A DNA stretch of 64,000 nt from Acidobacteriota bacterium (lineage in GTDB: Bacteria; Acidobacteriota; UBA6911), in NCBI GenBank assembly GCA_963664705.1, contig OY761556.1, positions 3,392,001-3,456,000 of the forward strand. Reading direction: 5' to 3'. The notes under the pieces are model-generated. The model was given only the letters and a program-made list of their open reading frames with translations, did not search any database and was not told the DNA's origin. The translations under genes were made by a program, and so were the position numbers. Below are positions 47,292-57,640 of the stretch, piece after piece (within the stretch, counting starts at the first letter, position 1; every line of letters starts with the position of its first letter).

Positions 47292-49727
47292 ATGTTCGAA
47301 AAGTATACAGAGAAAGCCAGAAGGGTAATATTCTTCGCGCGATACGAGGCGAGTCAGTTCGGCAGCCCGTGTATCGAGACCGAGCACCTGCTATTGGGAC
47401 TGATACGAGAAGACAAGAATCTGACCACTCGCTTCTTCCCGCGAACAAATGCGACCATCCAGGACATCCGCAAAGAGATTGAGGGGCGTACGCTTGTTCG
47501 TGAAAAGGTTTCCACCTCGGTGGATCTCCCCTTTTCGGAGGAATGCAAACGCGTCCTGAATTCTGCGGCGGAAGAGTCCGAACGTCTTTTCCACAAGCAT
47601 ATCGGAACAGAGCATATCCTCCTTGGCCTGCTCCGCGAAGAACGGTCCATTGCCGCGGAAATTCTGCGTGAACATGGGCTGCGGACAGGAATGATTCGTG
47701 AGGAGTTGAGTCGCGGGTCATCGGATAAGCATCCTCAGAACAAGTCAAAGGAACCCTTGAGCCTGGTGGAATTTTCCAGAGATTTGACGGAAGCCGCAGG
47801 CAATGATGCCCTCGATCCGCTCATCGGCAGGGAAAATGAGATCGAGCGCATGATTCAGATTCTTTGCCGGCGAACCAAAAACAATCCGGTTCTGATCGGG
47901 GAGCCTGGCGTAGGAAAAACGGCAATTGTGGAGGGGCTGGCACAGCGCATTGTTAACGGCCAGGTGCCGCCTCAGCTCTCCGACAAGAAAATTCTAGCTT
48001 TGGATATATCCCTGATCGTCGCGGGCACGAAATATCGCGGCCAGTTTGAAGAGCGTCTGAAAACGATCATGAAGGAGCTTGTTGAAAACAGGAACCTCAT
48101 CGTCTTCATCGACGAGCTTCATACCCTTGTGGGAGCGGGATCCGCCGAAGGCTCCCTGGACGCAGCCAATATTCTAAAGCCGGCCCTATCCCGGGGCGAA
48201 ATCCAGTGTATCGGATCCACAACTCCCTATGAATACCGTCGCTCCATAGAAAAAGACCGCTCCCTTGAGCGACGCTTCCAGGCAATCAAGGTAGCTCCGC
48301 CGTCGGAGCAGGAAAGCGTGAGCATCCTCACCGGTATCAAGGAAAGATACGAAGCCTTCCACCAGCTGAAATACACGGATGAGGCCCTGCAGGCCTCAGT
48401 TTATCTGACCAATCGCTATATCCCGGATCGATACCTGCCGGACAAGGCTATCGATGTGATTGATGAGGCAGGCGCACGAGTCAAGCTGCGAACGACATCG
48501 GTCCCGGATGAAATGGTCAATATCCAGCGGCGCATTCGTGTCATCGATGGCAGAATTGATAATGCCATTTCCGCGCAGGAATTTGAGCAGGCGGCACGAT
48601 ATCGGCTGGAGGAGGACCTCGAACAGGAAAATCTCCAGGTAATCCGGGAACGATGGAAGCTGAAAACACCGGTTTCACTGAAAGTGACGCGCGAAGATAT
48701 CGAGGAAGTGATCGCAAAGTGGACCGGCATACCGATGGCTTCCATTCATGAGGAGGAAATGTCCAAGCTCCTCCGGATGGAGGAAGAACTCCACAAGAGA
48801 CTCGTCAGCCAGGATCGGGCGATCAGCGCACTGAGCAAAGCAATACGGCGATCGCGCGCGGGACTGAAATCTCCGAAGCGTCCCGTTGGTTCATTTCTGT
48901 TCCTGGGCCCGACGGGCGTCGGCAAAACCGAAATGGCACGCTCCCTGGCAGCATTTCTTTTTGGGAGTGAGAATTCCATGATCCGACTGGATATGTCGGA
49001 GTACATGGAAAAACACTCCGTTTCCAAGCTGATCGGGTCTCCGCCGGGATATGTTGGCCATGAAGAAGGGGGACAACTGACCGAAAAGATCAAGCGAAAC
49101 CCCTATTCAGTCCTCCTTCTGGACGAGATCGAAAAAGCGCATCCGGATGTCTATAACATTCTGCTGCAGGTTTTTGAAGATGGGCAATTGACCGACTCTC
49201 TCGGCAACACGATCGACTTCAAAAACACCATTATCATCATGACATCCAATATTGGAGCCCGCTTTCTCGAAAAACGCGGCCATCTTGGATTCCAGGCCGG
49301 CACGGATGCAGATGCCAAGAGAACAGAGGAACTGATTCACTCGGAGGTAAAACGGATCTTCAACCCGGAGTTCCTGAACCGGCTGGATGAGATCATTCTC
49401 TTTGAATCGTTGACCGACGAAGACCTCGAGAAGATCGTGGACCTGCTGATCAACCAGGTCAATGAGGTCATGAAGCAGAAGCGGCTCTCCATCACGCTTC
49501 GCCCCGAAGTGCGTCGATGGATTGTCAACAAAACCTGCCATGATCGATCCTATGGTGCGCGCCCGCTGCGAAGGGCAATTCAGCGATATGTCGAGGATCC
49601 TCTCTCGGAAGGCATTATCCAGAATCGGATCAAACCCAGTTCCACGCTGGAAATCTATCTGAAGGAAGATGATCTCTACTACATCCATAGCGGAGAGCCT
49701 ATTGAATCCGGGGAGAGACTGGGATAA
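47292..49727 (+). CDS. clpC: ATP-dependent Clp protease ATPase subunit
   Basis: [12 protein letters not shown] Clp-N repeats, two AAA modules ([16 protein letters not shown]), UVR-type linker [14 protein letters not shown] loop. Confidence 0.92.
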   Translation: MFEKYTEKARRVIFFARYEASQFGSPCIETEHLLLGLIREDKNLTTRFFPRTNATIQDIRKEIEGRTLVREKVSTSVDLPFSEECKRVLNSAAEESERLFHKHIGTEHILLGLLREERSIAAEILREHGLRTGMIREELSRGSSDKHPQNKSKEPLSLVEFSRDLTEAAGNDALDPLIGRENEIERMIQILCRRTKNNPVLIGEPGVGKTAIVEGLAQRIVNGQVPPQLSDKKILALDISLIVAGTKYRGQFEERLKTIMKELVENRNLIVFIDELHTLVGAGSAEGSLDAANILKPALSRGEIQCIGSTTPYEYRRSIEKDRSLERRFQAIKVAPPSEQESVSILTGIKERYEAFHQLKYTDEALQASVYLTNRYIPDRYLPDKAIDVIDEAGARVKLRTTSVPDEMVNIQRRIRVIDGRIDNAISAQEFEQAARYRLEEDLEQENLQVIRERWKLKTPVSLKVTREDIEEVIAKWTGIPMASIHEEEMSKLLRMEEELHKRLVSQDRAISALSKAIRRSRAGLKSPKRPVGSFLFLGPTGVGKTEMARSLAAFLFGSENSMIRLDMSEYMEKHSVSKLIGSPPGYVGHEEGGQLTEKIKRNPYSVLLLDEIEKAHPDVYNILLQVFEDGQLTDSLGNTIDFKNTIIIMTSNIGARFLEKRGHLGFQAGTDADAKRTEELIHSEVKRIFNPEFLNRLDEIILFESLTDEDLEKIVDLLINQVNEVMKQKRLSITLRPEVRRWIVNKTCHDRSYGARPLRRAIQRYVEDPLSEGIIQNRIKPSSTLEIYLKEDDLYYIHSGEPIESGERLG

Positions 49728-49758
49728 CGGAATCGCTCTATCAAGACCCTCCGCCCAC

Positions 49759-49798
49759 AAAAAAAATAAATGAACACTCGGATCTGTGTGGAGTCTAT
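49759..49798 (+). promoter_or_regulatory. Putative ECF/sigma-E promoter upstream of bamA
   Basis: A-tract then GAACAC-N16-TCTAT. Confidence 0.55.
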
Positions 49799-49956
49799 AT
49801 TAGGTCGGAAACTCCGCGGATTCAGGGCGGAAGCTCTGTCCGTTTTTATGTTTTAAGCTTATGATAGGGGCCTCAATGGACTCGCGCTGGATTTCAAGAC
49901 CCATTTTATCTAAGATATGGGTTTATTTTGACACTATCAGCGGCTGTGGAGGATAG

Positions 49957-52542
49957 ATGGGCAAAACGATAAAGCTCGGAGTCTGCATACTCGGATTCCT
50001 TTTATTGGGTCCTGCGGCCTTTGCGCAGGAGCTCAGAGGAACAACCATTGAGCGAATTGATATCCGGGGTAATCGGCGAATACCCGAGGACACTATCCGT
50101 TTCTACATCCAGTCCCGGCCTGGCGAGCCCTACGACGAAGTCCGTTTGGGACATGATCTCCGGGCTCTTTACAAAGCCAACTTTTTCGAAAATATCTCGA
50201 TTGACGAAAAAGATGGGGACACCGGGAAGATTGTCGTATTTATCGTCAAAGAGAAGCCTCTGATCCGTGCCATTGAATACCAGGGCAACAAGTCGTTTAC
50301 GGAATCCAACATCCTGGATGCTTTCAAGGAAAAAAAGGTCGGGCTTACCGTTGACAGCCAATACGACCCGTCAAAGATACGTGCGGCAGAACGCGTTCTG
50401 AAGGACTTGATGCTGCAGAACGGCAAACCGCTCGGCTCCGTGCACTCCGAAATCGAGAATATCCCCCCTTCCAGCGTTCGCGTCCGCTTTGTTATGGAAG
50501 AGGGCACCAAGGTGCGCATCGGGCAGATACGATTTATTGGAAATAAGATCTACAAGGATGCCGAACTGAAATCCGCCCTGAAACTCACCAAAGAGCACGG
50601 CCTGTTTACCATGTTCAAAGGCATGGATAAGTATCACAAGGAAAAACTAGATTACGATATCGACTCCAATCTCAAGGCCTTCTATAAGGAACACGGGTAT
50701 CAGCAAGTTCAGATCGGGGAGCCTTTGACCCGGATATTCGAAGGACCGCGCGGTGTTATCCCGATGATCCGCAAAACCCGCGAACAGTTTTTCATCGAAA
50801 TCCCGATTGACGCCGGCGACCAATACAGGCTGGGCAAGCTTGAAGTCCAGAATTGTGGAGCACTGTTCAATTGCGAGGGGATTGCCAATGGCTTTGGCCT
50901 GAAAAAGGGAGATATCGTCAATTCCAAGAAAATCAAGGACACGCTGGAGCAGGTCAAGAAGCTGTATGGCGCTTATGGCTACATCAACTGGTCCTACATT
51001 CCCGAACAGAGCTTCGATCCCAAGAACAAGACAATGGATCTGATCCTCAATTTTCAGCCGGACAAGCAGTTTTTTGTCAGGCGCATTGATTTTGAGGGGA
51101 ATACGAAGACGCGTGACAAAGTGATCCGTCGAGAACTGGCCATCGAAGAAGGGCGTGTATTCAGCAGCGCGCTGCTGGACAACTCGATCCTGCGACTGAA
51201 CCAATTGGGATTCTTTGACAAGATCGAGGAAAAAGATTACGAAGTAAAACCGGATGATAAAACCGGGATGGTGGATATAGGGATTAAGGTCAAAGAGAAG
51301 AGCCAGCGATCGATCGGCTTTACCGGTGGAGTCAGCGGCATATCCGGCAGTTTCCTCGGCGTGAATTATTCGGACAACAACTTCCTTGGACGCGGAGAAA
51401 CACTGGAGTTGAGTATTACCGGAGGCACCCGAACAACCAACTTTGTGCTCTCCTTTACGGAACCCTACCTGCTGGATACGCGATGGAGCATGGGTATTTC
51501 CCTGTTCAATCAGCGGTATCGCTACGACACTTACAGCACTTATGGACTGGTATCCACCTCAGGCAACCCGACAGAGCTTTTTACTCAGAAGACGACCGGG
51601 ACAACGTTGAACCTCAGCCGGCGCCTGGGCCGATCGCTCTGGACCTTCGGCGGCAGTTACACCTACCAGAAGATCGGGATCAGCCGCATTGCTTCCGGAT
51701 ATGAGTCCTACGCCCTGGGTCAACTGGTGGGCTTTACCCCAGGCGCAGATCCGACTGCGGCACTGAATGGTATTATCCGCAGCGAGATTACGCCAACTCT
51801 GAGCTATAACTCGACAAACGCCTACTTCAACGCAACCAGGGGAACCGCCCTTACTTTGTCCACTGCGGTTTCCGGGGGTGCGCTGGGTGGGGACTTCAAG
51901 ATGATCCGGCCGACTCTTGAAATTCGCCACTTCATCCCGGACAAATGGTTGAGCCACGGGCGCAATACGCTGGGATTCAACCTCCTGGGCCAATACATCC
52001 ATGCGTATGGCGGATCGGCCATCGCGTTTTTCGATCGCTTCTATATCGGTGGCGAGAACTCGATCCGCGGGTTTGATATCCGCTCCGTAAGCCCGCTGGC
52101 GATCAGCTCAACGCCCCAATATGACGCCAATGGAAATGTGATCATCGATCTGAAGACGGGCCTGCCCGCATCCTCCAAAACGGTCATCCCGATCGGCGGC
52201 GACACGGTGGGAGTATTCAATTTTGAGTACCGGATTCCGATCGCGGGGCCATTGTCCATGGCCGGCTTTTATGATACCGGAATCAGCCGAGTCACAAACG
52301 CAAGCGCTCTTGGAAAATTCGGCACCGGCAAAGTGGATGTGATCCAGTCTACAAACCGATCATTCCGAGCCTCGACCGGCGTGGAGATCCAGTTTGTTCT
52401 TCCGGTTGTCAGTGCGCCTTTCCGCCTGATTTTTGCCTATAACCCGATGGTTCTGGATACGTCCATCAACGTTGGCGGAAGCATCATGAGCGTGAGAGAG
52501 CCGCGCAAGGATATCAAATTCACCGTGGGCCGGAGCTTCTGA
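49957..52542 (+). CDS. bamA: Outer membrane protein assembly factor
   Basis: Signal peptide, POTRA repeats (GNRRI, GNTKTRDKVIRRE), IRGF motif, terminal Phe. Confidence 0.96.
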   Translation: MGKTIKLGVCILGFLLLGPAAFAQELRGTTIERIDIRGNRRIPEDTIRFYIQSRPGEPYDEVRLGHDLRALYKANFFENISIDEKDGDTGKIVVFIVKEKPLIRAIEYQGNKSFTESNILDAFKEKKVGLTVDSQYDPSKIRAAERVLKDLMLQNGKPLGSVHSEIENIPPSSVRVRFVMEEGTKVRIGQIRFIGNKIYKDAELKSALKLTKEHGLFTMFKGMDKYHKEKLDYDIDSNLKAFYKEHGYQQVQIGEPLTRIFEGPRGVIPMIRKTREQFFIEIPIDAGDQYRLGKLEVQNCGALFNCEGIANGFGLKKGDIVNSKKIKDTLEQVKKLYGAYGYINWSYIPEQSFDPKNKTMDLILNFQPDKQFFVRRIDFEGNTKTRDKVIRRELAIEEGRVFSSALLDNSILRLNQLGFFDKIEEKDYEVKPDDKTGMVDIGIKVKEKSQRSIGFTGGVSGISGSFLGVNYSDNNFLGRGETLELSITGGTRTTNFVLSFTEPYLLDTRWSMGISLFNQRYRYDTYSTYGLVSTSGNPTELFTQKTTGTTLNLSRRLGRSLWTFGGSYTYQKIGISRIASGYESYALGQLVGFTPGADPTAALNGIIRSEITPTLSYNSTNAYFNATRGTALTLSTAVSGGALGGDFKMIRPTLEIRHFIPDKWLSHGRNTLGFNLLGQYIHAYGGSAIAFFDRFYIGGENSIRGFDIRSVSPLAISSTPQYDANGNVIIDLKTGLPASSKTVIPIGGDTVGVFNFEYRIPIAGPLSMAGFYDTGISRVTNASALGKFGTGKVDVIQSTNRSFRASTGVEIQFVLPVVSAPFRLIFAYNPMVLDTSINVGGSIMSVREPRKDIKFTVGRSF

Positions 52543-52674
52543 TTCCGCTTTGCCCCCGACTGGAACTGTAGTAAATTTCGTACCTTTAAGCGATGCCCGG
52601 AAATAGCTCCAGGGCAACTCGAATGTTCAATTCGGCCCCGCTCCGGGTTGAATTTCAAAGGAGAACAGAGTCAA

Positions 52675-53295
52675 ATGAGTCGACTAATGCTACGCATTCT
52701 TTTCGCCGCCCTCTCGTTGCCGATTCTTGGCATGGCACAGACCGCTTCGCAAACCTCTGCCCCGGCGGCACCCGCCGTTATTGGCGCAGCCAAAATCGCA
52801 TGGATAAACCTGGAACAAGCCGTTCTGACCAGCGATGAAGGAAAGAACATGGTTTCCGAGATCCAGAAGTACGTGGACACCAAGAACTCGGAAAATGACA
52901 ACATGCGGAAGGAAGCGGAGACTCTCAGGAACCAGTTGAACGTTCAGGGCTCCAAGTTGACGGAAGAAGCGCGCACGGAACTCGAAGACCAGATCGAGGC
53001 AAAAGAGACCGCCCTGCAGCGTTTCCAGCAGGATACGCAGAAAGATATCGAGAACAGGCGCGTCAAAATGACGAACTACCTGGCCCGGAAAATGCAACCC
53101 ATCATCGAAAAGGTTGCGAAGGAAAAGGGGTTGAGTGCCGTTCTTGTTTTCAACTCTACTCGTGATGCTTATGTGGATCCTTCCCTGAACATCACCGAAG
53201 AGGTCATCAAGGCCTATAACCAGGCCAATGGTGCCGGTGCCCCGAAAACACCAGCAGCCCCCAAAGCTCCGGCCGCTGCAGCTCCCAAAAAGTAA
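52675..53295 (+). CDS. skp: OmpH/Skp periplasmic chaperone
   Basis: Signal peptide, KIAWIN, coiled coil, NITEEVIKAYN; directly after bamA. Confidence 0.9.
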   Translation: MSRLMLRILFAALSLPILGMAQTASQTSAPAAPAVIGAAKIAWINLEQAVLTSDEGKNMVSEIQKYVDTKNSENDNMRKEAETLRNQLNVQGSKLTEEARTELEDQIEAKETALQRFQQDTQKDIENRRVKMTNYLARKMQPIIEKVAKEKGLSAVLVFNSTRDAYVDPSLNITEEVIKAYNQANGAGAPKTPAAPKAPAAAAPKK

Positions 53296-53308
53296 CAGAT
53301 ACGAAAGC

Positions 53309-53344
53309 CGATGGCGTCAGGAGCGGGATGGCCTGACGCCATCG
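53309..53344. repeat. Perfect 13-bp stem hairpin between skp and fabZ
   Basis: CGATGGCGTCAGG / CCTGACGCCATCG. Confidence 0.7.
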
Positions 53345-53356
53345 CCAAAAGAACCG

Positions 53357-53809
53357 ATGGAAAGTAGTCTTTCGACTTTAAAAATCCTCGAGATCCTGAA
53401 GGTACTGCCCCAGCGTTACCCATTCCTGCTTGTAGATCGAATCCTCGAGACCGATGGCTCAACGTATATGATTGGGCTCAAGAATGTCACGATAAATGAG
53501 CCATTTTTCCAGGGCCACTTTCCAGATCATCCCGTTATGCCAGGAGTGCTCCTCGTCGAAGCACTCGCCCAGGTTGGAGTCGTTCTTCTTCTTTGCGGCG
53601 ACCAGAGCAGAAACTCCAAGCTGGTTTATTTTTCGGGAATCGACAAATGTCGATTCCGACAGCCCGTCGTACCGGGAGACCAACTCAGGATCGAGGTAAA
53701 GGTTCTGAAACACCGTGACCGCTACTTTAAAATGGTGGGCCAAGGTCTGGTCGAGGGCAATATAGCAGTCGAAGCCGAGCTTTCCTGCTCGCTGGTGGAT
53801 CGCCCCTGA
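53357..53809 (+). CDS. fabZ: 3-hydroxyacyl-ACP dehydratase
   Basis: LPQRYPFLLVDRI, FFQGHFP..PVMPGVLLVEALAQ, FRQPVVPGD. Confidence 0.95.
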   Translation: MESSLSTLKILEILKVLPQRYPFLLVDRILETDGSTYMIGLKNVTINEPFFQGHFPDHPVMPGVLLVEALAQVGVVLLLCGDQSRNSKLVYFSGIDKCRFRQPVVPGDQLRIEVKVLKHRDRYFKMVGQGLVEGNIAVEAELSCSLVDRP

Positions 53810-53845
53810 CTGCTCCCGGCATTTGACTGGAGATCCGTACCTGAC

Positions 53846-54625
53846 ATGCCCATACACCCCACGGCAATTATAGATAGTTCATCCGAGATTTCATCAACGG
53901 CCCAAATTGGCCCCTATTGTATCGTCGGCCCTGAAACTCGAATCGGGGCGGATACTATCCTCGAATCGCACGTACACGTTCATGGCTGGACCACGATTGG
54001 CGAACGCTGCCATTTCTTTAGCCACAGTTCCATCGGAACGGATCCGCAGGATCTTAAATACAAAGGCGAGCCTACCTTCCTCAAGATCGGTAACGATAAC
54101 GTATTCCGGGAATTTATCAGTCTGAATCGAGGAACCAAGGGGGGACATGGGGTCACGGTCATCGGGAATAATAATTTCCTTATGGCCTATAGCCATATCG
54201 CCCATGACTGCATCGTCGGAGACAATGTAATCATGGCCAACGCCGGCACACTCGCGGGGCATGTCACCGTCGGAGATCACTCTACGGTCGGCGCATTTTC
54301 CGCTGTTCATCAGTTCTGCCGTGTCGGGCCACATGCATTTATCGGCGGATTTTCCGTAGTGACACGCGATGCCTTGCCCTATATCAAAACCGTGGGGGCA
54401 AGAAATGAAGCCAAGATTTACGGAATCAACACTATCGGTTTGCAGCGCAAGGGTTTTTCCGCGGAATCGATTACGGAACTCAAGCAGGTTTACAGAACCA
54501 TCTTCCGTTCCAAGCTGAACACAAGCGAGGCACTGGCAAAGGCAAAAGAAGTTCAATGGAAATCATCCGAAGTTGCCACTCTGATCGAGTTCATCGAGGG
54601 CTCCGAGAGAGGATTTATTCGGTAG
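53846..54625 (+). CDS. lpxA: Acyl-ACP--UDP-GlcNAc acyltransferase
   Basis: Hexapeptide repeats, PQDLKYKG, HIAHDC, AVHQFCRVG, RGFIR terminus. Confidence 0.96.
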   Translation: MPIHPTAIIDSSSEISSTAQIGPYCIVGPETRIGADTILESHVHVHGWTTIGERCHFFSHSSIGTDPQDLKYKGEPTFLKIGNDNVFREFISLNRGTKGGHGVTVIGNNNFLMAYSHIAHDCIVGDNVIMANAGTLAGHVTVGDHSTVGAFSAVHQFCRVGPHAFIGGFSVVTRDALPYIKTVGARNEAKIYGINTIGLQRKGFSAESITELKQVYRTIFRSKLNTSEALAKAKEVQWKSSEVATLIEFIEGSERGFIR

Positions 54626-54636
54626 AAGAATTCCAT

Positions 54637-54682
54637 ATCTGAAATCCGAGATCCGAAATCTGAAATCTGGAATCTGAAATCC
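54637..54682. repeat. Heptamer tandem repeat ATCYGAA x6
   Basis: ATCTGAA ATCCGAG ATCCGAA ATCTGAA ATCTGGA ATCTGAA ATCC between lpxA and lpxI. Confidence 0.85.
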
Positions 54683-54691
54683 ACGAGGTCT

Positions 54692-55519
54692 ATGTCGCAG
54701 CCAGACAAATATGGTCTTATTGCCGGAAATGGCCGATTTCCATTTTTGGTGCTCCAGTCTGCCCGGGAGCAAGGGATCGACGTGATTGTTGCCGCGATCA
54801 AAGAGGAAACGTTCAGCGACATAGCGGACTGCGGCTATCCTGTTCACTGGCTTGGATTGGGAGAATTGGGTAAACTGGTTCGGCTTTTTCGCAAATCCGG
54901 CGTACAAAAAGCTATGATGGCCGGCCAGGTCAAACATGTGCAGATCTTTGGTTCAGCCTTTCCGGATCTGACCATGATTCGAATGCTGGCAGGGCTGAAA
55001 CATAAGAACACCGATGCGCTGATTGGTGGAGTAGCTCGAGTTCTCGAAGAATCCGGGATCTCACTCATCGACTCCACCACGCTGCTGAAACCGTACCTGG
55101 CCGTGGAGGGACCGCTGACCCGCAGGCGCCTGAACGGGGACGAGTCCTCCGATGTTGAATACGGGCGTTCCATTGCGCACAAGATCGCCTCGATGGATAT
55201 CGGCCAGACTATTGTGGTGCGGGAACGCGCCGTGGTAGCGGTGGAGGCAATGGAAGGCACGGATGCCGTGATTACCAGAGCCGGCGAACTTGTTCACCGG
55301 AAAAATCTCACGGTCATCAAGGCAAGCAAGCCGAAACAGGACATGCGTTTTGATATTCCGGTCGTCGGACTTTCGACACTGGAAACTATGATCGCTGCGG
55401 GTGCAACGGCACTGGCTATCGATGCGGGTCGAACGCTGGTATTCGATCGCGACAAATTCCGAAAGACCGCCGATGATCATGGTATTGCCGTCGAGGCATT
55501 TGCGCCGATCGGCGATTGA
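54692..55519 (+). CDS. lpxI: UDP-2,3-diacylglucosamine diphosphatase
   Basis: GLIAGNGRFP, DIGQT, AVEAMEGTD, KPKQDMRFDIPVVG. Confidence 0.93.
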   Translation: MSQPDKYGLIAGNGRFPFLVLQSAREQGIDVIVAAIKEETFSDIADCGYPVHWLGLGELGKLVRLFRKSGVQKAMMAGQVKHVQIFGSAFPDLTMIRMLAGLKHKNTDALIGGVARVLEESGISLIDSTTLLKPYLAVEGPLTRRRLNGDESSDVEYGRSIAHKIASMDIGQTIVVRERAVVAVEAMEGTDAVITRAGELVHRKNLTVIKASKPKQDMRFDIPVVGLSTLETMIAAGATALAIDAGRTLVFDRDKFRKTADDHGIAVEAFAPIGD

Positions 55520-55574
55520 GGCCTTTTCAATCGTCCATCGTCAACAATAAATCGATTATGGAGTGAATTATCTG

Positions 55575-56534
55575 ATGGGAAAAATCCGCGTTGGAGTAGT
55601 CGGAGTCGGATCATTGGGCCAGCATCATGCCCGCGTATATGCCTCCATGCCGGAGGCAACGCTGGTCGGCGTGGTGGATCCTTTTCCGGGCCGGGCGGAA
55701 GAGGTGGCCAAGCCGCTCGGAACTCAGGTATTTCCATCGTACTCTGATCTATTTGGCAAAGTGGATGCAGTCAGCATTGCAACCCCCACGATCCTTCATG
55801 CCGAAATTGGCAAAAAGTTTTTGCAGGAGGGGGTGCATGTACTGGTGGAGAAGCCGATTGCCCACACTCTGGAAGAGGCAGATAGTCTGATCCGCGTAGC
55901 GCGGGACAACAACCGCGTGCTCCAGGTCGGACATCTCGAGCGATTCAACCCCGCAGTCGTGCGCCTGCGGGAAATTGTGCAAAAGCCTCGATTTTTTGAA
56001 GCTCATCGGATGGGGCTTTTTTCGCCGAGAAGCCTGGATATTGACGTTATTCTGGATCTCATGATCCACGATCTCGACATTATCTCGCTGCTGGTCCCCT
56101 CTCCGGTGGTACGCGTGGATGCCGTCGGCATTGCCATTCTGTCCAACCGGATTGATATCGCGAACGTTCGGCTTCATTTTGAAGACGGTTGCGTCGCCAA
56201 TATCACCGCAAGCCGCGTATCCATGGAAAAGATCCGCAAACTGCGACTGTTCCACAAGAATGAGTATATATCGGTGGATTATACCCGGCAGGAAGTTGCC
56301 GTTTTCAGTCTGAACCCGAGGCTTGGCGGTGGCATCCCGGAAATTGTTAACCGGAAGTTGACTCCGGAACGTAAAGAACCGTTGAGAGAAGAACTAACTG
56401 CTTTCATCGGTGCCGTATGCGGCAATCAGCCGGTTGAGTGTTCAGGAGAAGAAGGACGGAAGGCTCTAGATTTGGCTCTGCAAATTCTGGCCCAGGCTGA
56501 AAAGGCTCAGGCACGGGAAATTGACAGGGGTTAG
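55575..56534 (+). CDS. Gfo/Idh/MocA oxidoreductase, GnnA-like (UDP-GlcNAc 3-dehydrogenase candidate)
   Basis: GVGSLGQHH, VEKPI, VGHLERFNP, DVILDLMIHDLD, ASRVS; located in the lpx operon. Confidence 0.8.
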   Translation: MGKIRVGVVGVGSLGQHHARVYASMPEATLVGVVDPFPGRAEEVAKPLGTQVFPSYSDLFGKVDAVSIATPTILHAEIGKKFLQEGVHVLVEKPIAHTLEEADSLIRVARDNNRVLQVGHLERFNPAVVRLREIVQKPRFFEAHRMGLFSPRSLDIDVILDLMIHDLDIISLLVPSPVVRVDAVGIAILSNRIDIANVRLHFEDGCVANITASRVSMEKIRKLRLFHKNEYISVDYTRQEVAVFSLNPRLGGGIPEIVNRKLTPERKEPLREELTAFIGAVCGNQPVECSGEEGRKALDLALQILAQAEKAQAREIDRG

Positions 56535-56550
56535 CCACCTTCCTTATACT
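56521..56550 (+). promoter_or_regulatory. Putative sigma-70 promoter of the tonB-like gene
   Basis: TTGACA-N18-TATACT overlapping the end of the upstream gene. Confidence 0.6.
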
Positions 56551-56576
56551 TTGGTCATCGCCTTGGGCGGAGTGTA

Positions 56577-57596
56577 TTGATGTTCGACTTTGCCATTTCC
56601 CGAAATCAGCAACGAACCCCTACCAAGCGCATTTTTGTGTCCTGGTTCGTCAGCGGTTTTGCGCACTTTTTACTTTTGTTCCTGCTGATTCAGTATCCGC
56701 AGCTGTTGCGGGGTGGCATGTATCATCGTTTCCGTCCACTTTCAGCCCTTACCAATCTGTTTAGTCCGCAGGGGCAGGAGGAAGAGGACAAGGATTGGCG
56801 CACGGTTGCCGTTCTCAGCACTCCGATGGTGCAGCCATCAGCCGCGACACTGAAAAAATATACAAAGGATTGGAGCGGGAAAACTCCCAATCTGCCTCCA
56901 ATCAATTTGCGCTGGGGTGAAGAACAAAAGAAGGCGCTAGAAAATCTTCCGCCTATTCCAAAATTGCGACAGGACCCAAAGCCTTCAGTCATTTTGCCGC
57001 CGCATTATGAGTCGCCCCCGGCCACTTCTCCCGTCGGCAATGCAACCCAGCCTCCCCTGGGTGCGACGCCTGCAGCCCAGGCCGATCCAAACCCTGGAAA
57101 GAAAGGACCTGGAAACCTTCCGCCCTCCGGCACGCCGACTGCCACGGAAACCGCGAACAGCAATGCTCCTTCGTCTATTCCGGACGGGATCAAGCAGGCT
57201 CCGAATGGCGTTCCTCCGGCCAAAGATGCGGTCAAGGTATTTGATAGCGAGCAGCAGGCAATCAAAAGCCCGGAAAGCGGCTTCTTCGGACCCGACGTCA
57301 AGGGATTTCCTTTGGGCGAATATGCCAACATGATCAAGGAGCGGATCAAAGGAAGGTGGTTCATCCCGTCGCATCTGAAGAATTCGCAGGGACACACAAC
57401 CATCGTCTTCTACATCAACCGAGATGGACGCTATTCCGGCGCCCGCATCGAAGCCTCTGCGTCATCCGGAAACAATGCCTTGGATATTGCCGCTCTGAAG
57501 GCAATCATGGATTCCAATCCATTTCCGCCGCTGCCAAAAGGCTTTCCCAGTGACCACCTCGGGGCCAAGTTTGTGCTTTCTTACAACGAACCGTAA
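56577..57596 (+). CDS. TonB/TolA-family energy transducer
   Basis: N-terminal TM with SxxxH (SGFAH), Pro-rich linker, C-terminal SSGNNALDIAALKAI..PFPPLP. Confidence 0.82.
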   Translation: MMFDFAISRNQQRTPTKRIFVSWFVSGFAHFLLLFLLIQYPQLLRGGMYHRFRPLSALTNLFSPQGQEEEDKDWRTVAVLSTPMVQPSAATLKKYTKDWSGKTPNLPPINLRWGEEQKKALENLPPIPKLRQDPKPSVILPPHYESPPATSPVGNATQPPLGATPAAQADPNPGKKGPGNLPPSGTPTATETANSNAPSSIPDGIKQAPNGVPPAKDAVKVFDSEQQAIKSPESGFFGPDVKGFPLGEYANMIKERIKGRWFIPSHLKNSQGHTTIVFYINRDGRYSGARIEASASSGNNALDIAALKAIMDSNPFPPLPKGFPSDHLGAKFVLSYNEP

Positions 57597-57640
57597 TGTG
57601 CAAAATCGAACGGCTGCATGCAGGTGAACCGAGATCGAAG

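Noticed and set aside
54637-54682. Tandem repeats as a CRISPR array
   Set aside because: 7-bp units with no spacers and no cas genes.
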